From an uncultured Rubrobacteraceae bacterium (GTDB lineage: Bacteria > Actinomycetota > Rubrobacteria > Rubrobacterales > Rubrobacteraceae): a DNA stretch of 64,000 nucleotides. Location of the stretch: NCBI GenBank assembly GCA_902805975.1, contig CADCUT010000208.1:1517-65516 (forward strand), in the 5' to 3' direction. Of the stretch, positions 38,662 to 48,282 are shown piece by piece (the first letter of the stretch is position 1; each line of letters begins with the position of its first letter). Made by a program: the position numbers and the translations under genes. The notes below the pieces were generated by a model that saw only the letters and a list, made by a program, of their open reading frames with translations, was not told the origin of the DNA and ran no database searches.

Positions 38662-39576
38662 GTGGAGGGCTCGGGCCCGCCGCCGGCCGCGGGCGTCCGG
38701 CTCCCCTGGGCGGACGTCCCTGGACGCGTGCGCGGGGCCGTCGAGGCAAGGTTGGGAGAGCGGGTAACCGCGGCAACGTCCTCGCCCGGCGGGTTCTCGC
38801 CCGGCGTCGCCGCCCGGCTCAGGACCTCGGGCGGTCGCAGGGTCTTCGTCAAGGCCGTGGGCCCGAAACCCAACCCGGACTCGCCCGCCATACACCGCCG
38901 GGAGGCAGAGGTCGTCGAAGGCGAGGGGGGTTGGATCCTTCTCGCCTTCGAGGACGTGGCCGGACGGAGCCCCGCGGAGTCCTGGCGGCCCGACGAGTTG
39001 GACCGGGCACTCGACGCCCTCGCATCCCTCTCGGATCTTCTCACCCCCTCGCCGCTGCCACCGGCTTCCGTCGGAAGCGCGGGCGGGTGGTCCGTGGTCA
39101 ACGGACGGCACTGACGGAGGCTGGCAGAGTAGCGTCCGACCCGCCTCGACGGCTGGTCGCTCCGGCATCTGGACCGGATCGCGAAGCTAGAGGCGGCGGC
39201 CCCGGAGGCCGTTGTCGGCGACACGCTGCTCCACCTGGACGTGCGGGCGGACAACCTGATCCTCACGCCGGACCAAGCCGTGCTCGTGGACTGGCCCCAC
39301 GCCCGCGTAGGTGCCCCCTGGGTGGACCTGCTCTTCTTCGCCCCGAGCGTCGCCATGCAGGGCGGGCCCTCCCCGGAGAATCTCCTGTCCCGCTATCCCC
39401 CGGCCCGCCACGCCGATGCGGATGCCGTCACGGCCGTCGTCGCCGCCAGGGCCGGGTTCTTCGTTGGGGAGGGTCTGCAACCCGCGCCGCCGGGTTTGCC
39501 CACCCTGCGGGCGTTCCAGGCGGCGCAGGGTGAGGTGGCGCGAGCGTGGCTGGCCCGGAGAACCGGGTGGAGGTGA
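38662..39576 (+). pseudogene. Aminoglycoside-phosphotransferase/kinase-like pseudogene
   Basis: GGFSPG, VFVKA and HLDVRADN / VDW motifs in one frame, interrupted by TGA (39112-39114) and TAG (39130-39132). Confidence 0.8.
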
Positions 39577-39652
39577 GCGGCGGCCCGCGCAACCGGAGGG
39601 TTCAAATTCGCGTAGTATCCATTGTGACGGAACCTGGAGAGGAGGAGCTTCC

Positions 39653-40366
39653 ATGAGCGAGACGAACCTGGAGCAATTCAGGGAGGTAACGCCGGCAGGC
39701 AGGCTGACGTTGCAGAACTCGGCGATGCTCAAGGTCAGCCTGCAGAACGACCAGATCCAGGCCAAGCTCGGCTCGATGGTCGCCTACCAGGGCGACGTCC
39801 GCTTCGAGCACAAGGGCGGGGGGCTCGGGAGGTTCTTCAAAAAGGCCCTCACCGGCGAGGGCACCAAGCTCATGACCCTCACGGGTACCGGGGAGGTCTT
39901 TCTGGCCCACGACAAGCAGAAGGTCATGATCCTGGAGCTCGACAACGACCGCATGACCGTGAACGGCGAGAACATCCTCGCCTTCGAGCCGGGCATCGAG
40001 TGGGACATCAGGCGCGTCGAGGGCGCCGGGCGTCTCGCCGGCGGGCTCTTCAACGTCGTCCTCGAAGGCTCCGGCAAGGTCGCCGTCACCTCCGACGGGG
40101 AGCCCGTCCTGCTCGACACCTCCACCCCGACCTTCGCGGACCCCGACTCGGCGATAGCCTGGAGCGGCGGGGTGAGGACGAGCGTCAGGAGCGACGTCTC
40201 GTTCAAGACCTTTATCGGCAAGGGGAGCGGGGAGACGTTCCAGATCGGCTTCGAGGGGGCCGGGTGGGTCCTGATCCAACCCTCAGAGGGGCCGACCATC
40301 CCGGACCACTCCCACGGCGGCGAGGGCGGCGGTGGCGGGGGCCTGGGCTCGTTCTTCGACGACTGA
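39653..40366 (+). CDS. AIM24 family protein
   Basis: AK.GSMVAYQG, TGEG, G.GEVFLA, GGLFN, GSGE..Q..F.G.GWV.IQPSE; GGAGGAG RBS. Confidence 0.88.
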   Translation: MSETNLEQFREVTPAGRLTLQNSAMLKVSLQNDQIQAKLGSMVAYQGDVRFEHKGGGLGRFFKKALTGEGTKLMTLTGTGEVFLAHDKQKVMILELDNDRMTVNGENILAFEPGIEWDIRRVEGAGRLAGGLFNVVLEGSGKVAVTSDGEPVLLDTSTPTFADPDSAIAWSGGVRTSVRSDVSFKTFIGKGSGETFQIGFEGAGWVLIQPSEGPTIPDHSHGGEGGGGGGLGSFFDD

Positions 40367-40378
40367 CCCGCGCTGAGC

Positions 40379-41566
40379 CTACGGCCGCTTTCGGCGCAGG
40401 GGTCCTCGTCCGATCGCGGCGATCAGAACGGAGACCAGACCGGCCGCGAAGGCGACCGCGAACGCCGCGCGGCTGCCGGAGAGGTCGATCGCGACGCCCG
40501 CCAGCACCGCCCCGGCCGCGGCCCCGACCGTAAGCGCGGTGACGACCCACGTCAGGCCTTCTGTGAGGGCCGCGCGGGAGACCAGCGCCTCCACGAGGGT
40601 GCTGCTCGCGATCAGCGCGGGCGCGATCCCCACGCCCGCGATGGTGACGGAGAGGGCCATCGCCACGATGCCGTCGGCGAGCAGGATCGGCACGGTCCCC
40701 GCGCAGAACACGGCCGTGGCAACCAGAAATCGGCGGTCTGGCGGCATTCTCCAATCACGGGCGCCGTAGCCCAGACCGGCGAGCATGCTGCCGGTGGCGA
40801 AGAGGGCGAGCAGCGGGCCGGCCGCGCCGGCGCTCCCCCGCTCCCGCGCGAAGGCGACCATCCCGACGTCTATCACGCTGAGCGAGATCCCAACGGCGGC
40901 GCACGAGAGGGCCAGGACCATGAGGCCCGGCGAGAGCACCGCGAAGCGTCCGGCCGGGCGAGGCTCTGACGAGGTCCCTGGCTCCGTGCTCCCCTGGATG
41001 GCCAGGTAGAGAGACCCCACGACGGCGAAGACCAGGGGGCCTAGCAACCCCGCCGCGGGAGCGACCCCGACGGCCAGCGCCGTGACGAGCACAGGGCCGA
41101 CGACGAAGACGGCCTCGTCGAGAACGGACTCCAGCGCGAAGGCCGTGCCGAGCGCGGGCGTGCCGCCCACGAGCCCGGCCCACCTCGCCCTCACGAGCGA
41201 CCCCACCGGAGTCACGGCAGCCCCCGCGAGCCCGGCCGCCGGAAAGAGCGTCCAGGCGGGCGCGGAGACCTGGGCCGCCAGGACGAGGAGCAGGGTGCCC
41301 GAGGTATGCGCCGCCAGGGCGAGGACAAGCAACCTTCGCTGGCCGTGCCTGTCCGACAGGCGTGCCAACCACGGCGACGTAAGGGCTTGGGAGAGCGTGA
41401 GCGTCGCCGCGACGGCGCCGGCTAGGCCGTAAGAGCCCGTGAGCGCGACGAGCATGAGCACGCACCCCAGGCCGCGCATAGACATCGGCATCCGGGCCAC
41501 GAACCCGGCGACGACGAAGCTGCGGGCGCCAGGGGTCGAGAGCAGCGAGCCGTACTTACCAGAGAT
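40379..41566 (-). CDS. MFS transporter; start probably ATC
   Basis: About 12 TM, DRHGQRR motif A; frame extends to (I)SGKYGSLLSTPGARSFVVAGFVARMP with GAAGGA 6 nt before ATC 41566. Confidence 0.88.
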   Translation of the reverse strand: MSGKYGSLLSTPGARSFVVAGFVARMPMSMRGLGCVLMLVALTGSYGLAGAVAATLTLSQALTSPWLARLSDRHGQRRLLVLALAAHTSGTLLLVLAAQVSAPAWTLFPAAGLAGAAVTPVGSLVRARWAGLVGGTPALGTAFALESVLDEAVFVVGPVLVTALAVGVAPAAGLLGPLVFAVVGSLYLAIQGSTEPGTSSEPRPAGRFAVLSPGLMVLALSCAAVGISLSVIDVGMVAFARERGSAGAAGPLLALFATGSMLAGLGYGARDWRMPPDRRFLVATAVFCAGTVPILLADGIVAMALSVTIAGVGIAPALIASSTLVEALVSRAALTEGLTWVVTALTVGAAAGAVLAGVAIDLSGSRAAFAVAFAAGLVSVLIAAIGRGPLRRKRP

Positions 41567-41655
41567 CGACGGTCCTTCGTGGTCCCGGCGCGCGGGCGAC
41601 GCCCGCTAGGGCCTCACGCGGGCGACGCGCACACCAGACCGGCCGGACAGGAGTG

Positions 41656-44088
41656 TCAGCCCACGACCAGGTTCACGAGCCGGCCCGGCACGTAGACGGC
41701 CTTGCGCACCTGCTTGCCCTCGACGTGCGGGCGGACCCTCTCGCTCGCGAGCGCCTGCTCCCTGGCGTCCTCCTCCGAGATGCCGGCCGGAACCGTTACG
41801 CGGTCGCGCACCTTGCCGTTGACCTGCACGACGAGCGTGATCTCCTCCTCGACGATGAGCGCCTCGTCGTAGCCGGGCCAGGCCTGCTCGTGGACGGAGC
41901 CCACCTCCCCCAACTCGGCCCACATCTCCTCGGCGTGGTGCGGCGCGAGCGGTGCTAAGACCGTGACGAACGTCCGCAAGGCCTCCCGCCACTCCTCCCC
42001 GGCGACCGCCCCCTTGACGCCGAGCAGGTAGTTGGTGTGCTCCATGAGGGCCGCGATGGAGGTGTTGAAGCGGAAGGTCCCAAGGTCGCCGGTGACCTTC
42101 TTGACGAGCCTGTTGGTCCGCCGGGGAAGCTCCGCGGGGTCGGCCTGGGCGCTGGAGGCCTCATCGCCGGTGACGAGCGAGAGGGCACGCCGGAGAAAAC
42201 GCGAGACGCCCCCGATGCCCTGGCTGTCCCAGGGCCCGCCCTCGTTCCACGGGCCGACGAACATCAGGAAGAGGCGCAGGGCGTCCGAGCCGTAGAGGTC
42301 GACGAACTCCTGCGGGTTGACGACGTTGCCTCTCGACTTGCTCATGCGGTTGCCGTCCGGGCCGAGGATGATGCCCTGGTTGAAGAGCCGGCGCATCGGC
42401 TCGTCGAAGTCCACGAGACCGAGGTCGCGCATGACCTTCGTGAAAAAGCGGGTGTAGAGCAGGTGCAGCACCGCGTGCTCTATCCCCCCGGTGTACTGGT
42501 CAACCGGGAGCCACTTCTCGCCCCGCGCCGGGTCGAACGGCCCCTCGTCGTAGTGGGGACTCAGGTAGCGGTACTGGTACCACGAGGAGTCCATAAACGT
42601 GTCCATCGTGTCCGTCTCGCGGGTGGCAGGGCCGCCGCAGATGGGGCACTCGGTATTGTAGAAGTCGGGGTCGAGCTTGAGCGGAGACTCGCCCGTCGGC
42701 ATAAACTCCGCGTCCTCAGGGAGCCTGACGGGGAGGTCCCCCTCGGGGACGGGGACGGCGCCGTGCTCGGGACAGTAGATTATCGGGATGGGGGTCCCCC
42801 AGTAGCGCTGGCGCGAGATCAACCAGTCGTGGAGGCGGTAGGTGACGGCGCGGCGGCCTGTTCCCTCCTCTTCGAGGTGCCCGATCATACGCTCCTTGGC
42901 CTCGTCCACCCCGAGCCCGTCGAGAAACCCGCTGTTGATGGCCGGCCCCTCTCCGGTGTAGGCCTTGCCTTCGAAGTCCTCCGGCGGCTGGACGGTGCGG
43001 ATGATGGGGAGGTCGTACTTCTCGGCGAACTCCCAGTCGCGCTCGTCCTGGCCGGGGACCGCCATGATGGCGCCGGTACCGTAGCCCATGAGCACGTAGT
43101 CGGCGGCGTAGACCGGGATCTTCTCCCCGTTGGCCGGGTTGATCGCGTACGCCCCGGTAAAGACGCCCGTCTTCTCGCGGGTGACGTCGGTCCGGTCGAT
43201 CTCGCTCATGCGGGCTGCCTTCTCGACGTAGGCCCGCACCTCGTCCTCGCGCTCGGGAGTCGTTATCTCCTCGACGGCCGGGTGCTCGGGGCTCGTCACG
43301 AAGAACGTCGCCCCAAACAGCGTGTCGGGCCTCGTGGTAAAGACCCCTATGGGACCGTAGCCCTCTACCTCGAACTCTATCTCGGCGCCCTCAGAGCGGC
43401 CGATCCAGTTCCGCTGGAGCGTCTCGACCCGCTCGGGCCACTCTATCTTTGAGAAGTCGAGCAGCTCGTCGGCGTAGTCCGTGATCTTGAACAGCCACTG
43501 GGGGAGGTTCTTCTTGATGACGGGCGTCCCGCACCGCTCGCACCGGCGATCCGGACCGACAACCTGCTCCCGCGCCAGCGTCGTCTGGTCCTTGGGACAC
43601 CAGTCGACCGGGGCCTCCTTGCGGTACGCGAGCCCCTTCTCGAAGAACTTGAGGAAGAACCACTGGTTCCAGCGGTAGTACTCGGGCGTGCAGGTGACCA
43701 CCTCGGCGGAGAGGTCGAACATCGCCCCCATCTGCCGGAGCTGCCCGCGCATGTTCTCTATGTTTGACATGGTCCACTTGTACGGATGTATGCCGCGGTT
43801 TATGGCGGCGTTCTCGGCCGGCAGCCCGAAGGCGTCGAACCCTATGGGGAAGAAGACCCGGTAGCCGTTCATCCGCATGAAGCGCGCCCTAGTGTCGGAC
43901 GGGGTCATCGCGTACCAGTGCCCGACGTGCAGGTCCCCGCTCGGGTAGGGAAGCATGGTGAGCGCGTAGTGCTTGGGCTTTGAGGTATCCTCGTCCGTCT
44001 CGTAGAGCCCGCTCTCGGCCCACCTCTCCTGCCAGCGGCCCTCGAGGACGGTCGGGTCGTAGTTTTTCCTCGGTTTGGTCTCGCTCAC
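41656..44088 (-). CDS. leuS: Leucine--tRNA ligase
   Basis: MLPYPSG.LHVGH (HIGH), FTTRPDT, DWLISRQRYWG, RMSKS (KMSKS). Confidence 0.98.
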   Translation of the reverse strand: MSETKPRKNYDPTVLEGRWQERWAESGLYETDEDTSKPKHYALTMLPYPSGDLHVGHWYAMTPSDTRARFMRMNGYRVFFPIGFDAFGLPAENAAINRGIHPYKWTMSNIENMRGQLRQMGAMFDLSAEVVTCTPEYYRWNQWFFLKFFEKGLAYRKEAPVDWCPKDQTTLAREQVVGPDRRCERCGTPVIKKNLPQWLFKITDYADELLDFSKIEWPERVETLQRNWIGRSEGAEIEFEVEGYGPIGVFTTRPDTLFGATFFVTSPEHPAVEEITTPEREDEVRAYVEKAARMSEIDRTDVTREKTGVFTGAYAINPANGEKIPVYAADYVLMGYGTGAIMAVPGQDERDWEFAEKYDLPIIRTVQPPEDFEGKAYTGEGPAINSGFLDGLGVDEAKERMIGHLEEEGTGRRAVTYRLHDWLISRQRYWGTPIPIIYCPEHGAVPVPEGDLPVRLPEDAEFMPTGESPLKLDPDFYNTECPICGGPATRETDTMDTFMDSSWYQYRYLSPHYDEGPFDPARGEKWLPVDQYTGGIEHAVLHLLYTRFFTKVMRDLGLVDFDEPMRRLFNQGIILGPDGNRMSKSRGNVVNPQEFVDLYGSDALRLFLMFVGPWNEGGPWDSQGIGGVSRFLRRALSLVTGDEASSAQADPAELPRRTNRLVKKVTGDLGTFRFNTSIAALMEHTNYLLGVKGAVAGEEWREALRTFVTVLAPLAPHHAEEMWAELGEVGSVHEQAWPGYDEALIVEEEITLVVQVNGKVRDRVTVPAGISEEDAREQALASERVRPHVEGKQVRKAVYVPGRLVNLVVG

Positions 44089-44217
44089 GAGAGACTCCTT
44101 CTGCGATGGCGTTGGTCGGTGCGGGGGTGAGAGGAGGCGCAGGGGGCTATAGTCGAGGACCGGCGTTCCAGACCTTGTCGCCCTTCTTGCGCATGCACCT
44201 AATATAGCACCGACCGG

Positions 44218-44925
44218 CTACGCGATAAAGAAGGGGAGCGCCAGCGCCAGCGCCGCCGCGACGAGCGTGCACAGCACGTTCGTCGCCTCGTTTCCGAGCC
44301 GCGGAAGCCGGGCTCCGACGAGGCTGTCGGCCACGGTGCCGAGAAAGGCGGCGAGCGCTACGAGCCCGGCCGCCCCCCACCCCCCGATGAGCCCGAGGGC
44401 CAGCCCGAGCCCCGCGGTAAGCCCGGCCGCCGCCACACCGGCGAGGGTGCCGGGCAGGGAGATGGCCCCGTCTGTGCCGGGCGAAACCTTCCGTCCGGTG
44501 GTTACGAGCCGCGGCTGGCGGCGCGAGAGTTGCCCGACCTCGGACTCGGCGGTATCGGCGAAGGCCGCGCCGATGGCCGCAACGTACGCGGCGGAGAACG
44601 CGTCCGACAGGCCCAGCGCGTAGAGCACGGCGCACAGGACGGCGACGCCGGCGTTGGCCAGGGCGTTGCGGGCCCCGCGCCGGCCGCCACGCGCCTCAGC
44701 GCCTCCGGCCCTTCTCTTGCGGTCGTAGCCGAGCCTGGTGAGCGCCGACCCGCCGACAACAAAGAGGACGAGCAGGGCGAACCCCTGCGGCCCGAGGCAT
44801 GCGTAGACGGGTGCTCCGACGAGGACGCCGCCAAGGGCGCCGCGCGGGCTCACCCAGCCGAGCCGGTACGCCAGGGCCGCGAAGGCGGCGGTGACGGGCA
44901 GGGCGAGAAGCACCTGCGTGGACAC
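44218..44925 (-). CDS. DUF92 (TMEM19-like) membrane protein
   Basis: R...NALAN, ADT.ESE+G, V.PGTDGA+S..GT, DS++GA, NE..N. Confidence 0.88.
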   Translation of the reverse strand: MSTQVLLALPVTAAFAALAYRLGWVSPRGALGGVLVGAPVYACLGPQGFALLVLFVVGGSALTRLGYDRKRRAGGAEARGGRRGARNALANAGVAVLCAVLYALGLSDAFSAAYVAAIGAAFADTAESEVGQLSRRQPRLVTTGRKVSPGTDGAISLPGTLAGVAAAGLTAGLGLALGLIGGWGAAGLVALAAFLGTVADSLVGARLPRLGNEATNVLCTLVAAALALALPFFIA

Positions 44926-45006
44926 GCCAGCCCTAAACGTGCGTTGCGTAGATCGACGGCACGACGGGGGCCATCCAAACCCTTAGCAAAATATGCGGGG
45001 AGCCGA

Positions 45007-45807
45007 TCAAAGGCCCTCCATGTAATGACGCATGGCCTCGACGTGTTGGGCTGCAAGCCTGACCCTCTGTGCCCAGGCCATCGGGTCCTCGTCGCCCTGA
45101 TCCTCGTCATCGGCCGCGTAATCCGGGTTCGTCCGGTACGTTAGCCCTTCGGCTTCCAGATAATCTAGGGTGAAACCGAGGCTTTGGCAGAACAGGGGCC
45201 AAGCGCAGTCGTTGCCGATCGTGTCCACGTTGCAACCTTTGACGATGGCTTCCGCAGCACGACGAGACAGCCCCCGGGCTGCCATCATGACATCCCACGA
45301 CCGGCCACTCACGAGGCGAAAGATCTCGTTCACGATACCTTCGGTCGTGGCGAGGCGCCGGGGGAGGGTTGCCATCGACCGTGGGCCACGACCGATGACC
45401 GTGCAATCATTGCGCTGGATCCACCGGACGGCGGCGTCCAGTTCGTCGGCGTCGTTCTCTAACCAGCGTAGGACGTGATCAAGATCCAAATAAAGGACGT
45501 GGTCAAACGTACCGGCCCTCAGCGCTAGCGCTAAGGCCCCACGCCGATGGCGCCCGATGGCGTCGGGGTCAGCGGGAGCGGAGGCCAGGCTGGCCCCGAC
45601 GGATTCGAACACGTCGAGGACCCCCCGGTGGGTGGAAAGGGTCGTGTGCACGGCGAGGGAGCCGAACCGGCCACACATCTCGGGTAGCAATTCGCCCAGC
45701 TTGTCGACGAGATGCCCTTGAGGGTCAGACACCGCCAGGGCGAGCGCGGCCCTAGGCACGAGCGCGCCGTTCGATGGATTCGCCCAACGCCATGAACGAA
45801 AAATCAT
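45007..45807 (-). CDS. Hypothetical protein, possible GT-A fold (DxD)
   Basis: 266-aa ORF; RR.AL.LA...DHVLYLDLD motif; lower GC; start may be GTG ~45759. Confidence 0.6.
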   Translation of the reverse strand: MIFRSWRWANPSNGALVPRAALALAVSDPQGHLVDKLGELLPEMCGRFGSLAVHTTLSTHRGVLDVFESVGASLASAPADPDAIGRHRRGALALALRAGTFDHVLYLDLDHVLRWLENDADELDAAVRWIQRNDCTVIGRGPRSMATLPRRLATTEGIVNEIFRLVSGRSWDVMMAARGLSRRAAEAIVKGCNVDTIGNDCAWPLFCQSLGFTLDYLEAEGLTYRTNPDYAADDEDQGDEDPMAWAQRVRLAAQHVEAMRHYMEGL

Positions 45808-45911
45808 GCGGCAAAGCCCGACACCCCGGGAGTTGTTGAATCACTGCTTCGCTAGTCCTGGCACCCCGGCCGAGTAGGCTTACAGTAGCCGAAACCATGG
45901 ACCGGATAGCC

Positions 45912-46349
45912 CTAGACGCTTCCGAGGCGTTCGAGGAGCCGGCGGGCGTAGCGCGCGCACTCCAGGGGGGAGGCGTGCAGCAGGGCCGGCTCGACCATCC
46001 CGGCCTTCACGCCGGCGTCGGTCAGGCGGCCGACGCCCTGGTAGAGGAGCGAGCCCGCCAGCGGGTTGGTCCGGTTCGGGACCGCGACGACCATTGCGTA
46101 GAGCACCCCGTCTGCCCCATCCGGGGCTCCGACGGCATCAACGGCGTCCGGGCGGTCCTGGCCGATGGCGAAGACCTGTACGGTTGGTACCTCGGATCTC
46201 TCGGACCTCCCCTCCCTCATGCTCTCCCAGACCGCCGTAGTCTTGGTGAACCCGGCAGCGAGCGCCGCCCGCGAGAGGCCGGACCACACGTCGCCGGCCA
46301 CCTGCCGGGCGAGTGGGCTCTCGTAGTCCACGCACATGCCGACGGTCAC
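45912..46349 (-). CDS. Hypothetical protein
   Basis: 145-aa ORF with GC3-rich codons following the TPR gene; start uncertain. Confidence 0.6.
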   Translation of the reverse strand: MTVGMCVDYESPLARQVAGDVWSGLSRAALAAGFTKTTAVWESMREGRSERSEVPTVQVFAIGQDRPDAVDAVGAPDGADGVLYAMVVAVPNRTNPLAGSLLYQGVGRLTDAGVKAGMVEPALLHASPLECARYARRLLERLGSV

Positions 46350-46381
46350 CTCCAGGGCGCCCGTTTCGTGGGGCGAAGGAC

Positions 46382-46720
46382 CTATGACCCCTCACCCGCC
46401 CCGCGTTTATCCAGCCGTCTCCTGAAGACGTCTATCTCCTTGACGGTCTGGAGGTCTCCATTCGCCTCGGCGACCCGGCGGCCCCTCTCGAAGACGTCGC
46501 GGGCCTCGGCGTCCTCGCCGAGCTCGAAGTGGGCGCGGCCGAGCACCCGGTAGGCCACGGAGTAGTCCGGTTTGTGTTCGACGGCGCGCTTGAGGTGGTC
46601 CCTCGCCTCGGCGTGCCTACCCTCCTTGAAGAGCTCGTTGCCCAAAGAGTAGAGGACCATGGGGTTCGTCGCGTCCCTCTGCAGGAGCTTGCGGAACATC
46701 TCCGTGCGCGGGCTCTCCAT
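46382..46720 (-). CDS. Small TPR protein
   Basis: YSLGNE, A...L..AV...PDYS.AY..LG, GD.QT.KE+.VF. Confidence 0.85.
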   Translation of the reverse strand: MESPRTEMFRKLLQRDATNPMVLYSLGNELFKEGRHAEARDHLKRAVEHKPDYSVAYRVLGRAHFELGEDAEARDVFERGRRVAEANGDLQTVKEIDVFRRRLDKRGAGEGS

Positions 46721-46795
46721 CTCTCACTCCCGTCTGGCCTGTACGCTACGGTCCATTTTTAGCATCGCGGCGCCCCGTCTGCTAGAACCGCCCGG

Positions 46796-47119
46796 ATGGA
46801 CGTCGAAACCCTGATCCGTGCCCTCTCACACTCGGAGGATCTCACCCCGTTCCGGAGCCTCGTCGATCCCCTCGTCGAGCACGACCGGAGGCGCGGCAGC
46901 GACCTCGTCAGGACCCTCAAGACGTACTTCGCCGCCGGCGCCAACGCGAGCGAGGCGGCCGACCGGCTCTTTCTTCACCGCAACAGCATGACCTACCGTC
47001 TGGAGCGCATAGGCAAGCTGACAGGTTTAGACTTGAGGGATCCCGGGGTAGCGCTTGCCCTGCAACTGGGTGTTTTGTCCCTAAACAGAGGAGTGACGGA
47101 TGAAGATGAGCGCCCGTAA
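46796..47119 (+). CDS. Stand-alone PucR C-terminal HTH protein
   Basis: L..HD....SDLV.TL..YF....N...AA..LFLHRNS+.YRL.RI..L.GLDL; no N-terminal sensor domain. Confidence 0.88.
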   Translation: MDVETLIRALSHSEDLTPFRSLVDPLVEHDRRRGSDLVRTLKTYFAAGANASEAADRLFLHRNSMTYRLERIGKLTGLDLRDPGVALALQLGVLSLNRGVTDEDERP

Positions 47120-47318
47120 CCGGCTGCCAGGCACCATCACCGAGGTCGTCAAGGGGGAGGCCGCGGCGAAGGTGACCCTGCAGGTCGGCGACAACCACAT
47201 GGTCGCCCTCATAACCCGCGAGAGCGCCGACGAGCTCGGCCTGGAGGTAGGCAAGCAGGCCACCGCGCTCGTCAAGGCCACGGACGTCATGATCCTGACC
47301 GACGAAGGCGTCGCGTAA
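47100..47318 (+). CDS. mop: Molybdate-binding TOBE/Mop (molbindin) protein
   Basis: SARN.L.G.I, A.IT.ES..ELGL..G..A.A++KATDV. Confidence 0.92.
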   Translation: MKMSARNRLPGTITEVVKGEAAAKVTLQVGDNHMVALITRESADELGLEVGKQATALVKATDVMILTDEGVA

Positions 47319-47452
47319 GGCTTCAGGCTTTAGGTTCTAGGCTTTAGGTGTGCGGTCGCCTGGGGTGGGGACGCAGCCCCCTGGTCTCGGACCGTTCAGC
47401 GTGATGGACAACCTACTGGACTCCGCCGTCTACCCCTGAAACCTAATATCTA
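47319..47452. repeat. Heptamer tandem arrays after the mop stop and an inverted copy at the modB stop
   Basis: GCTTCAG GCTTTAG GTTCTAG GCTTTAG; minus strand ATATTAG GTTTCAG. Confidence 0.7.
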
Positions 47453-48282
47453 AAGGCCGAAACCTCCCTGGTCAGGTACCTCACCGTCAGGATCACGACG
47501 AATGCGAAGCCGAGGACCATGACGGAGAGCGCGACGGCCGCGTCGATGTTGTTCTGGAACTCGGCGAAAATGGCGAGCGGGACGGTCTGGGTGACGCCCC
47601 GGAAGCTGCCGGCGAAGACGATGGTCGCCCCGAACTCCCCGAGCGCCCGCGCCCAGGCCATCATCGCGCCGGCTATCAGGGCCGGGAGGGCCAGCGGCAC
47701 GGTCACTTTAGTGAACGCGGCGTACCGGCCCGCCCCATCCACCAGGGCGGCCTCCTCCACGTCGCGCCGCACCCCGGCGAACCCGACGGCCGCCTGGCGC
47801 ACGTAGAAGTGGCCCGCGACGAAGACCTCGGCGATGATGACCGCCGCGGTTGTAAAAGTCACGGTCACGCCCAGTACCTCGAGGTGCTGGCCCACAAGCC
47901 CGAACCTGCCGAAGGTCAGCAGCAGCGCGATGCCCGCCGCTGACGGCGGCAGCACCGCCGGGATGTCCACCAGGGTCTCGACGATCTTCTTGCCCGGAAA
48001 GTCAGCCCGGGCCAGCACGTAGGCCGCGGGCGTCCCGACGGTGAGTATGATCGCCATGGAGATCGAGGTCGTCTTGATGCTGAGTAGCAGCGCGTCGAGG
48101 GCCACCGGCGAGGCCATCGCCCGCCACGAGTTCTCGCTCGCCGTCCACAGCAAGAGGCTTATGAACGGCAGGCTGATAAAGCCCGCGAGCAGCGCCAACG
48201 CCGCGACGGCCAGCCCGGAGGCGAGCGCGTCGCCGCTCCAGATCCGCCCGCCTAGCCGCCCGTCTTTGCCCCCTCCCCTCAC
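47443..48282 (-). CDS. modB: Molybdate ABC transporter permease
   Basis: D+P.VLPP..AG.ALL..FG, EEAA..DGA, ARALGEFGAT; GTG overlaps the modA stop. Confidence 0.92.
   Translation of the reverse strand: MRGGGKDGRLGGRIWSGDALASGLAVAALALLAGFISLPFISLLLWTASENSWRAMASPVALDALLLSIKTTSISMAIILTVGTPAAYVLARADFPGKKIVETLVDIPAVLPPSAAGIALLLTFGRFGLVGQHLEVLGVTVTFTTAAVIIAEVFVAGHFYVRQAAVGFAGVRRDVEEAALVDGAGRYAAFTKVTVPLALPALIAGAMMAWARALGEFGATIVFAGSFRGVTQTVPLAIFAEFQNNIDAAVALSVMVLGFAFVVILTVRYLTREVSAFRY

Noticed and set aside
39112-39132. Selenocysteine/pyrrolysine read-through in the phosphotransferase gene
   Set aside because: Two different stops within 7 codons at non-catalytic positions, no SECIS-like hairpin seen; simple decay is more parsimonious.
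44089-44217. T-box riboswitch upstream of leuS
   Set aside because: No GGTGGNACCGCG T-box sequence and the leader is too short.
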